NCBI GenBank assembly: GCA_034520665.1
Contig: JAXHNJ010000002.1
Span: forward strand, 416,660-480,659
Length of the DNA stretch: 64,000 nt
Source of the DNA: Patescibacteria group bacterium
GTDB taxonomy: Bacteria > Patescibacteriota > Patescibacteriia > JAXHNJ01
Reading direction: 5' to 3'
Positions 53,150-63,546 of this stretch are shown here, one piece after another (the stretch's first letter is position 1; every line of letters starts with the position of its first letter). A program made the translations under genes and the position numbers. The notes beneath the pieces are model-generated. The model did no database searches. It was not told where the DNA came from and saw only the letters and a list, made by a program, of their open reading frames with translations.

Positions 53150-54583
53150 ATGTCATTAACTGGCCGAGTGGCCCGCAATACAATTATACAAGTGATCGGC
53201 AAAATACTGGGTACAGTTTTGGGTTTGATCGTAGTTGGCTTGTTAACTCGCTATTTAGGCACCGCTGGATATGGTCACTACACTACCATTATTGCTTATC
53301 TTGGTTTTTTCTCAGTCATTGCTGATCTAGGGCTGTATTTAATTGTGGTGCGGGAGATTTCTAAAAAAGAGGCCGACCCTCAAAAAGTTCTGGGCAATGT
53401 TTTTAGTATCCGTATAATTTTTGCCGGAGTTATTTTGGCTCTGGCTGCTTTTATAGCTTTCTTTTTGAATTATCCTCTGATTGTTAAACAGGGTATATTA
53501 CTAGGGACACTTTCCTTTCTCTTTGTCGCCTTAAATCAGGTTATGGTTGGTATTTTCCAAAAAAAATTGGCCATGTATAAAGTGGCTCTAGGTGAATTAA
53601 TTGGTCGGATAGTGCTACTGGCATTAGTGGCCTGGTTTATTTCTCTTAATTACAGTCTATTATTTATTATATTGGCGGTAGTTTGCGGCAGCTTAGCCAA
53701 TTTTATAGTAGTTTATATTTTGGCTCAAAAATATGTTAAGATTAAGTTTCGTTTTAATTTTGAATACTGGAAATATATTTTAAAGGAAACCTGGCCTTTA
53801 GCTATTTCTGTAGTTTTAAATTTATTATATTTTCGCCTGGATACGGTTTTTTTATCTTTGATAAAACCAGCTTCAGATGTTGGTCTTTATGGCGCTTGTT
53901 ATAAAATTTTAGAAGTTTTGGTAACTTTACCTAATTTGTTTGTTGGCTTGGTTTTGCCGATATTAAGTTATTGGGCTTTTTTAAATCGTGATAAGTTTAT
54001 CGAAATATTTCGCCGTTCCTTTGATTTTATTATTTTAATCACCATTCCTTTGGTGACTGGTGGTTTTATTTTAGCCCGGCCATTAATTATTCTTATTGGT
54101 GGCCAAGAATTCGCCGCCGCGGCTCCGATATTTCAAATATTAATTTTTGGTGTTGGTTTTCTCTTTTTGGGCAGTCTTTCCGGGCATACTATTGTGGCTA
54201 TAAATAAACAAAGAAAAATGGTTTGGGGGTATTTATCAGTGGCTGTTTTGGGCATAATATTATATTTAACTTTAATCCCCTTTCTTTCTTATTATGGCGC
54301 CGCCATTGGCACGGTCGTGACTGAGTTTAGTATTATGATTATCGGTTATTATATTATTATAAAAACTATGCGCTTTAAACTACCCTGGCGAGTTTTTGTA
54401 AAATCTCTGGCGGCCAGTTTTGCTATGGCTGGCTTTCTTTACGCGGCCCGGGATTTTAATTTATTTATTCAGCTAACTGTTGGTTTAGTCATTTACTTGG
54501 CTGTTTCTTATTTATTAAAAAGTTTTACCAGAAAAGAGGTTTTGGAGGTAATAAAAATTGGAAAGGAAAAGAAAAATGGCTAA
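53150..54583 (+). CDS. Wzx-type polysaccharide flippase
   Basis: TRYLG...YG, DLGL...VREI and about 14 TM segments; start taken at ATG 53150. Confidence 0.88.
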   Translation: MSLTGRVARNTIIQVIGKILGTVLGLIVVGLLTRYLGTAGYGHYTTIIAYLGFFSVIADLGLYLIVVREISKKEADPQKVLGNVFSIRIIFAGVILALAAFIAFFLNYPLIVKQGILLGTLSFLFVALNQVMVGIFQKKLAMYKVALGELIGRIVLLALVAWFISLNYSLLFIILAVVCGSLANFIVVYILAQKYVKIKFRFNFEYWKYILKETWPLAISVVLNLLYFRLDTVFLSLIKPASDVGLYGACYKILEVLVTLPNLFVGLVLPILSYWAFLNRDKFIEIFRRSFDFIILITIPLVTGGFILARPLIILIGGQEFAAAAPIFQILIFGVGFLFLGSLSGHTIVAINKQRKMVWGYLSVAVLGIILYLTLIPFLSYYGAAIGTVVTEFSIMIIGYYIIIKTMRFKLPWRVFVKSLAASFAMAGFLYAARDFNLFIQLTVGLVIYLAVSYLLKSFTRKEVLEVIKIGKEKKNG

Positions 54584-55475
54584 AGATATTTTAGTTTCAG
54601 TGATAATACCGACTCTGGAAAGACCGCAAGTGGTCTATAATTTAATTGAAGATTTATTAAAACAATCTTATGAAGATTTTGAGGTTTTAATTATTGACCA
54701 GAGCCATGAAGAAAATAAAAAAGTTAAAGATTTAGCCATCGGCTCATCTGACCAAGTAAGGTATTATCGCATTGATACAGAAGGTACTTGTCCGGCTAAA
54801 AATTTTGGCATTAATAAAGCCCAGGGCGGAATATTGCTTTTTTTGGATGATGATGTGGAAATAAAAGAAAGAGATTTTCTTAAATACCACGTGGCTAATT
54901 ATCTGGATCCCAAAATTGGCGGCGTCGGTGGCCGGGTCATTGACCGTAATTTAAAACTTAATAAAGAACAATCCGGACCGGTTTGCCGGGTATCTAAAAC
55001 TGGCCGAGTCTATCCTAACGCTGATTCAAAGAAAAAGCAGGAAATTAACGCTCCTAGAGGCGGTAATGTCTCCTATAAAAAAGAAATTGTCATGGAAATT
55101 GGCGGTTTTGACGAGAGATTCATTGGTAATGCTATGCGTGAAGAAACTGACTTTTCTTTAAGGATTTTTGAAAAAGGCTATAAAATTATATTTGAGCCAC
55201 GAGCTAAATTAGTGCATCTGGCCTTAGAAAGAGGAGGAACGCGTAGAAAGGGCCGTATTGACTGGTATTTTGATTTTTTCTATAATGAAACACTTTTCTT
55301 TTTAAAACATTTTCCCAAGATTTACTTGCCGATTTTATTTTTTAGGAAAACACGGCCAATAATAGCTTGTATGGCTTGGTATGGCCGTTTTAAACCAAAA
55401 GCTCTAGCCACACCCTGGCAGGCCTTTCGGGCCGGTTGGCACGCCCATAAAAAAGATATTGATAATTGGCTTTAA
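54576..55475 (+). CDS. Family 2 glycosyltransferase
   Basis: VSVIIPT, FLDDD and GGFDERF..EETDF motifs. Confidence 0.9.
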   Translation: MAKDILVSVIIPTLERPQVVYNLIEDLLKQSYEDFEVLIIDQSHEENKKVKDLAIGSSDQVRYYRIDTEGTCPAKNFGINKAQGGILLFLDDDVEIKERDFLKYHVANYLDPKIGGVGGRVIDRNLKLNKEQSGPVCRVSKTGRVYPNADSKKKQEINAPRGGNVSYKKEIVMEIGGFDERFIGNAMREETDFSLRIFEKGYKIIFEPRAKLVHLALERGGTRRKGRIDWYFDFFYNETLFFLKHFPKIYLPILFFRKTRPIIACMAWYGRFKPKALATPWQAFRAGWHAHKKDIDNWL

Positions 55476-55477
55476 AA

Positions 55478-56911
55478 ATGCTGATAAAAAATAAAACTTT
55501 ATTAATAATAGCTTTAGCTTTTCTTACCTTAGCTAGCGGTTTATTAATTTCATATTTTAATATATTAGCTTTAGGCATAATTTTTGCTTTATGTTTTTTT
55601 ATTTTTGGAGTTTTGTTAATTTTTAAAAATCCTTTTTACGGAGTTTTATTAATTACCTTTTTTCTGCCCTTTGAGCACCTAGGCACCTTGGAAGTCGGCC
55701 GCTTTACTTTGAAAATAAATCATATTTTTGGTCTGATTACTATTTTAGCCTGGACACTGACTATGTTAATTAGGAAAAAAGTAAAATTTGAGAAATTACC
55801 CATAGCGGTGCCTTTACTGATTTTTATAGTCATTAATATTTTATCTTTTACTCAAGCGGTTAACTTTTTCCGAGCCGTGACGGTTTTTATTTTTACGCTT
55901 TTTAGCCTCTTAATTTCTTTAGCCGTAGTTAATTTAGTCAGAAATCAAAAACATCTGGATAAATTAATCAAGGTTTTGTTTATTAGCGCTTTTATTGTTA
56001 GCCTCTTTGGTCTTTTTCAGTTTGTCGGTGATTTAATCGGTCTGCCCGAGTCAATTACTGGTTTAAGAGATTTATATACTAAAGAAGTTTTTGGTTTTCC
56101 GCGGGTACATTCCACCGCCTTGGAGCCGCTTTATTTTGCCAATTACTTAATTATTCCGATTATGCTATGTTTGGCTTTCCTATTAAGTAAGAAAAGAAAA
56201 ATAAAATGGTACTGGCTTTTGATTCTTTTAGTCTTAATGCTGACAAATTTTGTTTTGGCTTTGTCTCGGGCCGCTTATATTGCCTTGGCTTTTGCTTTTA
56301 TTTTTATTTTAATAATTTATTTTAAAAGATTTTTTTCTTTAAAAAGACTAATTATTATTTTACTAGTTTTGTTGGCGGTTTATGGTATTTTTACCCGAGT
56401 TTTTGGTTTGACCGAAGATTTTCCGCTTTATGTCGATCGTTTTGCCACTCAAGCTACTAATTTATTTAGTGGCGCCTCTTTTTCTGATCGCGCCCAAACA
56501 TTTGAAAAAGCCTGGCAAATGTTTAAAGAGCGTCCCTGGCTGGGAGTAGGTACTGGTAATTTTGGCCCTAATGTGGCTTGGTATCCTTTAGTCACTCCAC
56601 CTAGAGGTTGGTTGATTGTCAATAATATATTTTTAGAAATAATGGCGGAAACCGGCATATTTGGTTTTCTTAGTTTTATCTCTATTTTAGTTATCTTATT
56701 TTTACGCTCAATCAAGGCTTTAGTAAAAACAAAAAACAGCTATTTAAAAGCAATCATGGCCGGTCTTTTAGCCGCTTTTGTCGGGGTGATAGTTCAATAC
56801 CAGACTTTTTCTATACTTTATATTATTCACATCTGGTTTTTATTTGGCTTAATGATAGCGGTGCAGAATATAATTTTAAAAAATTCACAAAAAAATAAAG
56901 AAAGTTTATAA
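55478..56911 (+). CDS. O-antigen ligase (Wzy_C) family protein
   Basis: R..ST..EP..FA, LSRAA, PWLGVGTGNF and N.FLEI.AETG motifs. Confidence 0.85.
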   Translation: MLIKNKTLLIIALAFLTLASGLLISYFNILALGIIFALCFFIFGVLLIFKNPFYGVLLITFFLPFEHLGTLEVGRFTLKINHIFGLITILAWTLTMLIRKKVKFEKLPIAVPLLIFIVINILSFTQAVNFFRAVTVFIFTLFSLLISLAVVNLVRNQKHLDKLIKVLFISAFIVSLFGLFQFVGDLIGLPESITGLRDLYTKEVFGFPRVHSTALEPLYFANYLIIPIMLCLAFLLSKKRKIKWYWLLILLVLMLTNFVLALSRAAYIALAFAFIFILIIYFKRFFSLKRLIIILLVLLAVYGIFTRVFGLTEDFPLYVDRFATQATNLFSGASFSDRAQTFEKAWQMFKERPWLGVGTGNFGPNVAWYPLVTPPRGWLIVNNIFLEIMAETGIFGFLSFISILVILFLRSIKALVKTKNSYLKAIMAGLLAAFVGVIVQYQTFSILYIIHIWFLFGLMIAVQNIILKNSQKNKESL

Positions 56912-56918
56912 TTAAACT

Positions 56919-58214
56919 ATGGATTTAACAATATTAACAGTTATAGCTTTAGTTTTTTTTCTGATGATTAGTTTTAAAAGACTGAATTTTTGTTTGGGCT
57001 TTATTTTAATATTTTTACCGACTTATTTAATTAGATTTAAAATTGGCTTTGTTCCTTTTACTTTTTTGGAAATGATGATACTAATTGTCACCGCAGTTTG
57101 GTTAATAAAAATTTTAGTAAAAAAAGAGAAAGTTGATTTGGGCGGTTTTTTTCTAGTGAGTGCTTTTTTTATTTTATCGGCTTTAGTGGCTGCTTTAGTT
57201 TCCCCGGATATAGAGTCGGCTTTAGGTATATTCAAAGCTTATTTTTTGGAAGCAATTCTGTTTTTTATAGTTATGGTAAATGTGGTGAAAACGCGTAAGC
57301 AAATGAAATTTATAATTTTTTCTATGGGTGTTTCTGCTCTTTTTGTGGCTATTTTTGCTGTTTGGCAGTATTTTGGTATATTTCCTGGCCTGGAGCCCTA
57401 TATTTCTGAGAATCCCCGCCGGGCTACCTCACTTTTTGAATTTCCAACGGCTGTCGGTAAATTTCTTGGGCCGATTTTAAGTTTTTTTCTGGCTTTAATT
57501 TTTGTTAAACTACCGCGTGATTACCAAAGGCCTTTGAGTCATAAAATATATCTTTGGGGGGTAGCTTTATTTTCTGTTTTGGGTATATTATTTTCAGTCA
57601 CTCGCGGGGCTATACTGGGCCTTTTTATCGCTTTGTTATTTATCAGCTTTTTTAGTCGGCACCGCAAAAAAATATGGACTGGGCTTATAGTTTTACTTTT
57701 ATTTTTTCTAGTTTTACCCCAGGGGCGGCAAGAAATAACCAGTATTGTTTCCGGCCAGGACACTTCCACTGATGTACATATGATTATGTGGCAGGGTACC
57801 TGGCGTTTGCTTAAAGATAATCCCATAACCGGAGCTGGCTTAGCTGGCTTTCCGCAAGTTTATAATATTTACCGAGACGCGGCCCATACCGAACTTTTTC
57901 CCTATCCAGATAATTTCTTTTTAGCTGTTTGGGTTGAACTGGGTTTAGCCGGTTTGTTTGTTTTCGGCTGGCTTTTTTATAAATATATTAGAAGGTCGGT
58001 TATATTATTAAAAAGTAAAATTAGTAATTTTGATCGGCAAGTAGTAGTGGGTTTATTGTCAGTGTTTATTTATATGATGTTTCACGGACTGGTAGATACG
58101 CCATATTTTAAAAATGATTTGTCAGTGATGTTCTGGGCCTTTGTTGGTTTGTTGGTTATAACCAGTCGATTAAATTTTAATTTAACTGGACAAAAAGAGA
58201 AAAATAGTGTATAA
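56919..58214 (+). CDS. O-antigen ligase (Wzy_C) family protein, second copy
   Basis: RATSLF, TRGA, NPITGAGLAGF and PDNFFL..WVELG motifs. Confidence 0.85.
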   Translation: MDLTILTVIALVFFLMISFKRLNFCLGFILIFLPTYLIRFKIGFVPFTFLEMMILIVTAVWLIKILVKKEKVDLGGFFLVSAFFILSALVAALVSPDIESALGIFKAYFLEAILFFIVMVNVVKTRKQMKFIIFSMGVSALFVAIFAVWQYFGIFPGLEPYISENPRRATSLFEFPTAVGKFLGPILSFFLALIFVKLPRDYQRPLSHKIYLWGVALFSVLGILFSVTRGAILGLFIALLFISFFSRHRKKIWTGLIVLLLFFLVLPQGRQEITSIVSGQDTSTDVHMIMWQGTWRLLKDNPITGAGLAGFPQVYNIYRDAAHTELFPYPDNFFLAVWVELGLAGLFVFGWLFYKYIRRSVILLKSKISNFDRQVVVGLLSVFIYMMFHGLVDTPYFKNDLSVMFWAFVGLLVITSRLNFNLTGQKEKNSV

Positions 58215-58292
58215 TAATAGATAGCTAAACAGTGTTTTTGGGAATTCCAAAGTCAAACGGAATTCCTTTTAAATCACTTTAAAGAATAAAAA

Positions 58293-60824
58293 GTGAAAAC
58301 AAAAACAAAAAAAATTAAAATAATTATTAGTTTAGCCATTACTTTTTTGCTAACGGCTTTTTTGTTTATGGATATTGGCCAGGCTGAGGAGCCAATAGAA
58401 ACAAAAGCGGCTACTTTAAGCTTAAATAATATTAACAGTCAATCAGAATATATTTCTTCGGTTTATCAGCCCTCTTTTGATTTTAATATGCTGGGCTTTA
58501 AATGGACTGGCCAAGCTCAAATTCAGGTTAGAGCCTATCAGGACGAATGGTCAGATTGGTATTGGCTGGAAGAAATGGAACCAGGCCGGCCAGAGACAAC
58601 CAAATGGCATTTTTCTGACCCAATCTTTTTCGACCAGTCAGACTATTTTCAATTTAAAATTACGAAAGCTCAAAATATTGATTTAGAAGTAACCGCTTTA
58701 AATACTTTAAAAGAGAAGAAATTAAATTTTTTATCATTATTCTTTAAAAGTGAAAAAGCCAAAGCTGATGATATTAATTTAGACATTATTTCTAGAAGCC
58801 AGTGGGAGGAGGCTGACGAGAAATATCGTTTTGAGGGGGATACCGAGGTCTGGCCGGCAGAATATGAAAAGGTAACCAAGTTTATTATCCATCATACCGC
58901 TGGTTCAACTGGTGAGGATGACCCCAAGGCGGTAATTCGGGGAATTTATTATTGGCATGCCATTGGCCGCGACTGGGGAGATATTGGCTATAATTATTTA
59001 ATTGATACTCAGGGTAATATCTACGAAGGCCGCTTTGGCGGCGATGGAGTGATTGCTGGTCATGCTTTGGGGTATAATGATGGCACGGTCGGAATTTCTA
59101 TTTTAGGGGATTATCAGCATGGGGATGAATTAACTAATGCTTCAAAAGAAGCACTCACAAATTTAATGGCTAAAAAAGCTCAGTTTTTCGGGTTTAATCC
59201 TTCTGGCAGCAGCGAATACAAAGGAGAAAAATTAGATAATATTCTCGGCCACCGGGATGTCGGAGCGACTAGCTGTCCGGGTGATAATATTTATAACCAA
59301 TTTGATGAAATAATTAGCCAAACACAAACTAAATATGATAATCTGCCCAGCTTACCGACTCCTCAAAAGGCCGCTTCCTATCATAATCAAAGTGATGAAA
59401 GTATTGAGATTGATGTTGGAGAAGAAAAAGAAGTTTGGGTAGACTTTAAAAACCAAGGCAATACCACCTGGAAAAGCTATGTTGAAGACCAACCAAAATT
59501 AATTGTTAAAAATAATCAAGGTTTGCAGGCTTCTGACTGGCTGTCAGACGAAATAGTTACGGCTATGGATACGGCTAATGTGGCTCCGGGCCGTGTCGGG
59601 CGCTTTAAATTTAAAATTAAAGGGCCAACAGATACCATTCGGCTGGACCAGACTTTTTATTTAAAGTGGGGTGATAATGAATTAGCTTCGGCTTCAATAC
59701 ATCTGGAAGTCAGAGGTTTTGACTACGCCGCTAATAGTTTTAGCCATAATATTTTACCGGCTACTTTTCCGGGTACTGTGCGCGAAGTAACTTTATTCTA
59801 TAAAAATATCGGGCTGAAAACTTGGGAGAAAGATGATATTTATTTAAAAATAACTGATGAGAACGGTAATCAAAATCAGTATAATTATAACTGGCCGGAT
59901 AAAATCAGATTTAATCAGGACACTGTGACTAGTCAGGCTACCGCTAGTTTTACTTTTCAAATGAAAAGCCCTTCGGTCAGCCAGTATCGGCATGTTTTTA
60001 AATTATATCGTGAAAACGGAGATTTATTGGCCGGCAGCCGTCATTCAGTCAAAACCCGGGTAGACTCTACTTATCAGGCTGAGATAGTTGATCATAATGT
60101 ATCGGTAGCCATGCTTAACAGCTGGCACGTGCCAGTCACTTTAAAGTTTAAAAATATTGGTCTTCAAACTTGGGATAAAAATGTGGTTTTAAAGGTCTAT
60201 GATGGTGACTGGCGCAACAGCGCTTTTTCTCATCAGTCTTGGCCTTCTGACTGGGGAAATTTTAGTTTTCAGGAAAATAGAGTTAGATCCGGGGAAGTAG
60301 CCACTTTTAATTTAACTCTCTTCCCGCCGCCTTTAAACGGCACTTATTACACCATTTTTAAACTGGAAAAGAAAAATGACCCGAGTATAGCTATTCAGGG
60401 CGAGTTCCGGCCTTTGATCAGAGTTGATGAAAGCGGCTTAAATCTAGATAGTGGCTACAGGGCTGAGTTTCAGTCAGTTTCTGCTCCGCCGGCTTTGCTA
60501 CAATTACAGAGATTGACCACCGAAGTTAAAATAAAAAATACGGGCACGGTTACCTGGGGCTCAAACGTAGTTTTAAATATTTATGATGCGGATTATCGGG
60601 AAACTTATTTCCGCGACCAGACCTGGAATGCTTTTGAAGGGGCCATTCACGCCCAAGAGTCTTATGTTCGTCCCGGAGAAACGGCTACTTTTCGCTTTGT
60701 TTACCGAGCGCCCTGGAAAACCGGACTTTACCGCAACCGTTTTAAATTAAGTATTGAAGGCAAGGAGTATTTAGTTATTCCCGGCTCAGAAGATTCAGCT
60801 TTGACAAGGGTTGATGTGAGGTAA
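58293..60824 (+). CDS. N-acetylmuramoyl-L-alanine amidase (Amidase_2/PGRP-like) with four Ig-like repeats
   Basis: IIHHTA, WGDIGYNYLID..G.IYEGR, GHA and GHRDV..TSCPG motifs; repeats K/N.G..TW. Confidence 0.9.
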   Translation: MKTKTKKIKIIISLAITFLLTAFLFMDIGQAEEPIETKAATLSLNNINSQSEYISSVYQPSFDFNMLGFKWTGQAQIQVRAYQDEWSDWYWLEEMEPGRPETTKWHFSDPIFFDQSDYFQFKITKAQNIDLEVTALNTLKEKKLNFLSLFFKSEKAKADDINLDIISRSQWEEADEKYRFEGDTEVWPAEYEKVTKFIIHHTAGSTGEDDPKAVIRGIYYWHAIGRDWGDIGYNYLIDTQGNIYEGRFGGDGVIAGHALGYNDGTVGISILGDYQHGDELTNASKEALTNLMAKKAQFFGFNPSGSSEYKGEKLDNILGHRDVGATSCPGDNIYNQFDEIISQTQTKYDNLPSLPTPQKAASYHNQSDESIEIDVGEEKEVWVDFKNQGNTTWKSYVEDQPKLIVKNNQGLQASDWLSDEIVTAMDTANVAPGRVGRFKFKIKGPTDTIRLDQTFYLKWGDNELASASIHLEVRGFDYAANSFSHNILPATFPGTVREVTLFYKNIGLKTWEKDDIYLKITDENGNQNQYNYNWPDKIRFNQDTVTSQATASFTFQMKSPSVSQYRHVFKLYRENGDLLAGSRHSVKTRVDSTYQAEIVDHNVSVAMLNSWHVPVTLKFKNIGLQTWDKNVVLKVYDGDWRNSAFSHQSWPSDWGNFSFQENRVRSGEVATFNLTLFPPPLNGTYYTIFKLEKKNDPSIAIQGEFRPLIRVDESGLNLDSGYRAEFQSVSAPPALLQLQRLTTEVKIKNTGTVTWGSNVVLNIYDADYRETYFRDQTWNAFEGAIHAQESYVRPGETATFRFVYRAPWKTGLYRNRFKLSIEGKEYLVIPGSEDSALTRVDVR

Positions 60825-60825
60825 G

Positions 60826-60952
60826 TTGACCGAGTTAATTAAAAGAATTAAGTTAATTGAGTTATTAGGTTTTTTTTGTTAATAAGTTATTGAAGTATCA
60901 GGTATTGAGCGATCAAGTTATTTAGATATCAGATATCTAGTGATCAAGATAT
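60826..60952. repeat. Low-complexity 7-8-nt tandem repeat tract
   Basis: AAGTTATT GAAGTATC AGGTATT GAGCGATC AAGTTATT TAGATATC AGATATC TAGTGATC AAGATATT. Confidence 0.7.
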
Positions 60953-61090
60953 TAAATTCTTTAATATAAAAAGCTAGCCAAATGAAAGGCTAGTTTTTTG
61001 GTAGTGTTTGTTGGACGAAATCCGAACATACTTTGAGCAAAACCCGACTAATTAAGCAGAAAATAAAAATTTGACAAATAATTGTATATT

Positions 61091-61107
61091 ATATAACATT
61101 GTTATAT
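61091..61107. promoter_or_regulatory. Palindromic operator, probably PadR autoregulation
   Basis: ATATAACA-T-TGTTATAT directly before the ATG at 61108 and downstream of TTGACA (61072). Confidence 0.55.
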
Positions 61108-61482
61108 ATGAAGAAAAAAATTATTTTAAAATCAAAGTGTGGTTATCCCGAAAGAAGATGGGTACAATTTTTGCTTTTAAGAGTTATTTATGAAAAACCG
61201 TCTTACGGCTACGAGATTATTAAAAAGACTGAAAAAATTACCGATAATTATCATAAAATTAAAACTGGCACAGCGTATACACTTTTACGAAGAATGGAAA
61301 AGGAAGGATTGCTAAAATCTGACTGGAAAAAAAATAAACAAGGGCCAAATAAGCGAATTTATACGGTTACCCCTAAAGGAAAAGGACATTTAAAAGCTTG
61401 GCTTAAAATGATTATTCAAAGAAAAAAAATGATTAATAAAATGGTTAGCTTTTATAAAAAACATTTTAGAGATAAAAATTAA
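61108..61482 (+). CDS. PadR-family transcriptional regulator
   Basis: YGYEI, GTAYTLLRRMEKEGLL.S.W and KRIYTVT..G motifs. Confidence 0.92.
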   Translation: MKKKIILKSKCGYPERRWVQFLLLRVIYEKPSYGYEIIKKTEKITDNYHKIKTGTAYTLLRRMEKEGLLKSDWKKNKQGPNKRIYTVTPKGKGHLKAWLKMIIQRKKMINKMVSFYKKHFRDKN

Positions 61483-61503
61483 TTAACATTAACCAACAAA
61501 ACT

Positions 61504-61815
61504 ATGAAAAACTACAATCTAAACGAAAAAATTATTTTCTCCGATGAAAAACCGATTAAAAGGGATTTTCTTAATGCTAAAGGATTTCACGCCGCTTTGA
61601 TTTGCTTAAAATCAAGCGTGGAAATACCGCCTCATCCGGAAGATTACGGCGTGCTCTTAACCGTTCTTGAAGGTCAGGGAATTTTTACCGACATTAACGG
61701 AAAAAAGACCTTAACCAAAAATCAAAGCATTTATATGAAAAAGGACGAAATCAGAGGCATAAAGGCAATGGAAGATTTGGTCGTTTTAGGAATTCAAGAC
61801 AGGCCAAAAAATTAA
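61504..61815 (+). CDS. Cupin-domain protein
   Basis: IPPH...VLEGQG.F pattern. Confidence 0.7.
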   Translation: MKNYNLNEKIIFSDEKPIKRDFLNAKGFHAALICLKSSVEIPPHPEDYGVLLTVLEGQGIFTDINGKKTLTKNQSIYMKKDEIRGIKAMEDLVVLGIQDRPKN

Positions 61816-61836
61816 AAATTATATTAGGTATTTAAT

Positions 61837-62787
61837 ATGAGTGCTAAAAGTAAAAACCAGAAAGCAATCGAAGTTTCTAATCTTACTAAACGATTTGAGA
61901 AACTAATAGCTGTTGATCATATCTCTTTTACAGTTGAAAAGGGAGAGATTTTTGGTTTTTTGGGTCCTAACGGGGCCGGTAAAACCACTACAATAAGGAT
62001 GTTGACCGGTTTGACAAAACCGACTGGCGGCCAAGCAAAAATTTTCGGTTTTGATATTCAAACAGAGACAATTAAGGCAAAAAGAAAAATGGGTATTGTG
62101 CCGGAAACCTCCAATGTTTACGATGACTTGTCAGCTTGGGATAATTTGATTTTTACTGCGCAACTTTACGGAATGAGAAGAAACGCGACCAACAAAAAAG
62201 CCGAGGAACTCTTAAAAATATTCGGGCTTTTTAATCGCAGAAATTACAAAGTCAAAGATTTTTCCAAGGGAATGAAAAGAAAGTTAACAATTGCCATGGG
62301 ATTGGTCAATGATCCTCAATTATTGTTTTTAGACGAACCAACTTCAGGATTGGATGTTGAAAGCGCTTTAATAATAAAAAAAACCATTAATGATTTAAGT
62401 GAGCAAGGAATTACAATTTTTTTAACCACTCATGATATTGAAGAAGCCAATAAAAATTGTGACCGGGTGGCAATCATCAATCACGGCAGGATTGCGGCTA
62501 TTGATACACCGGAAAAATTGAAAAACACCATCAAAAGTGTTCAGTCGGTAGAAGCGGCTTTTGACAAAACTATCTCTTTTAGGGATATATCTTCTTTAAA
62601 AGAGCTTCCTTTCATTGGTAAAATTGAAAAACTGGGCGATAAATACAAGATTTTCACCGACAAACCCGAAAAGACCTTATCTATTTTATGTGATTGGAGT
62701 CGAAAAAATAAATTAGAGATCATTAGCTTAAATACTTTCGGACCTAACTTGGAAGAAGTTTTTATTAAATTGACCAAAAATAAATGA
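61837..62787 (+). CDS. ABC-2 (DrrA-like) exporter ATP-binding protein
   Basis: GPNGAGKTT, FSKGMKRKL, FLDEPTSGLD and TTH motifs. Confidence 0.95.
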   Translation: MSAKSKNQKAIEVSNLTKRFEKLIAVDHISFTVEKGEIFGFLGPNGAGKTTTIRMLTGLTKPTGGQAKIFGFDIQTETIKAKRKMGIVPETSNVYDDLSAWDNLIFTAQLYGMRRNATNKKAEELLKIFGLFNRRNYKVKDFSKGMKRKLTIAMGLVNDPQLLFLDEPTSGLDVESALIIKKTINDLSEQGITIFLTTHDIEEANKNCDRVAIINHGRIAAIDTPEKLKNTIKSVQSVEAAFDKTISFRDISSLKELPFIGKIEKLGDKYKIFTDKPEKTLSILCDWSRKNKLEIISLNTFGPNLEEVFIKLTKNK

Positions 62788-63530
62788 GGAAAAAAAACAT
62801 TAAAGACAACCTTCTGGTCGCTTGGGCGATAAGTAAAAAGGACATCAAGATATATTATTTTAAGCCCGGGACGTTGATGTTCGGGATAATGTTCCCGCTG
62901 TTTATGTTTTTTGCTTTTGCTGTGGGTAGAAGCATGACGCCAGCCATCTTGATCCCAGGGTTACTTTCGTTAACGGTTTTGTTTTCCGCTTCATCAGTTG
63001 GACCAGTAGCTATTCCTACCGAGAGACGAGTTAAAACTTTTGAACGGCTTGTTTCAGCTCCAATTTCTTTATATGCCATAATTTTAGGCAAGGCTTTGGG
63101 CGGAGTTTTGTTCAGTTTGTTTGTTAGTCTGGTTACCTTATTGGGCGCTTGGGCGTTTTTGGGTGTAGTGATTGCCAATCCTCTAATTTTAGCTTTAGGC
63201 TTGGCTTTAGCTTCTTTGTGTTTTTCTTTATTGGGGATTATGTTTGCCATGTTTCCGACAGAAAATCCAGGTAATGTTATGATGGTGCTGAACTTTATTC
63301 GTCTCCCCTTGATGTTTATCAGTGGTATTTTTATTCCGATAGAAACCTTGCCTTCTTGGGGTAAGCTGGTCTCTTTTTTATCGCCTTTAACCTACGCAAA
63401 CGACTTGTTTAGATTTGGAATAGAAGGAAAAGCCCAATTGGATTTAGTCGTTAATTTTATAATTTTGCTTATTTTTGCCGGGATATTTCTTTTTATCGGT
63501 ATCCGGCTGGACAAAAAATTTCGCCAATAA
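62784..63530 (+). CDS. ABC-2 exporter permease
   Basis: Six TM segments, SGIFIP..LP and SPLTY motifs. Confidence 0.92.
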   Translation: MRKKNIKDNLLVAWAISKKDIKIYYFKPGTLMFGIMFPLFMFFAFAVGRSMTPAILIPGLLSLTVLFSASSVGPVAIPTERRVKTFERLVSAPISLYAIILGKALGGVLFSLFVSLVTLLGAWAFLGVVIANPLILALGLALASLCFSLLGIMFAMFPTENPGNVMMVLNFIRLPLMFISGIFIPIETLPSWGKLVSFLSPLTYANDLFRFGIEGKAQLDLVVNFIILLIFAGIFLFIGIRLDKKFRQ

Positions 63531-63546
63531 ATTTTTAGTATAAACA

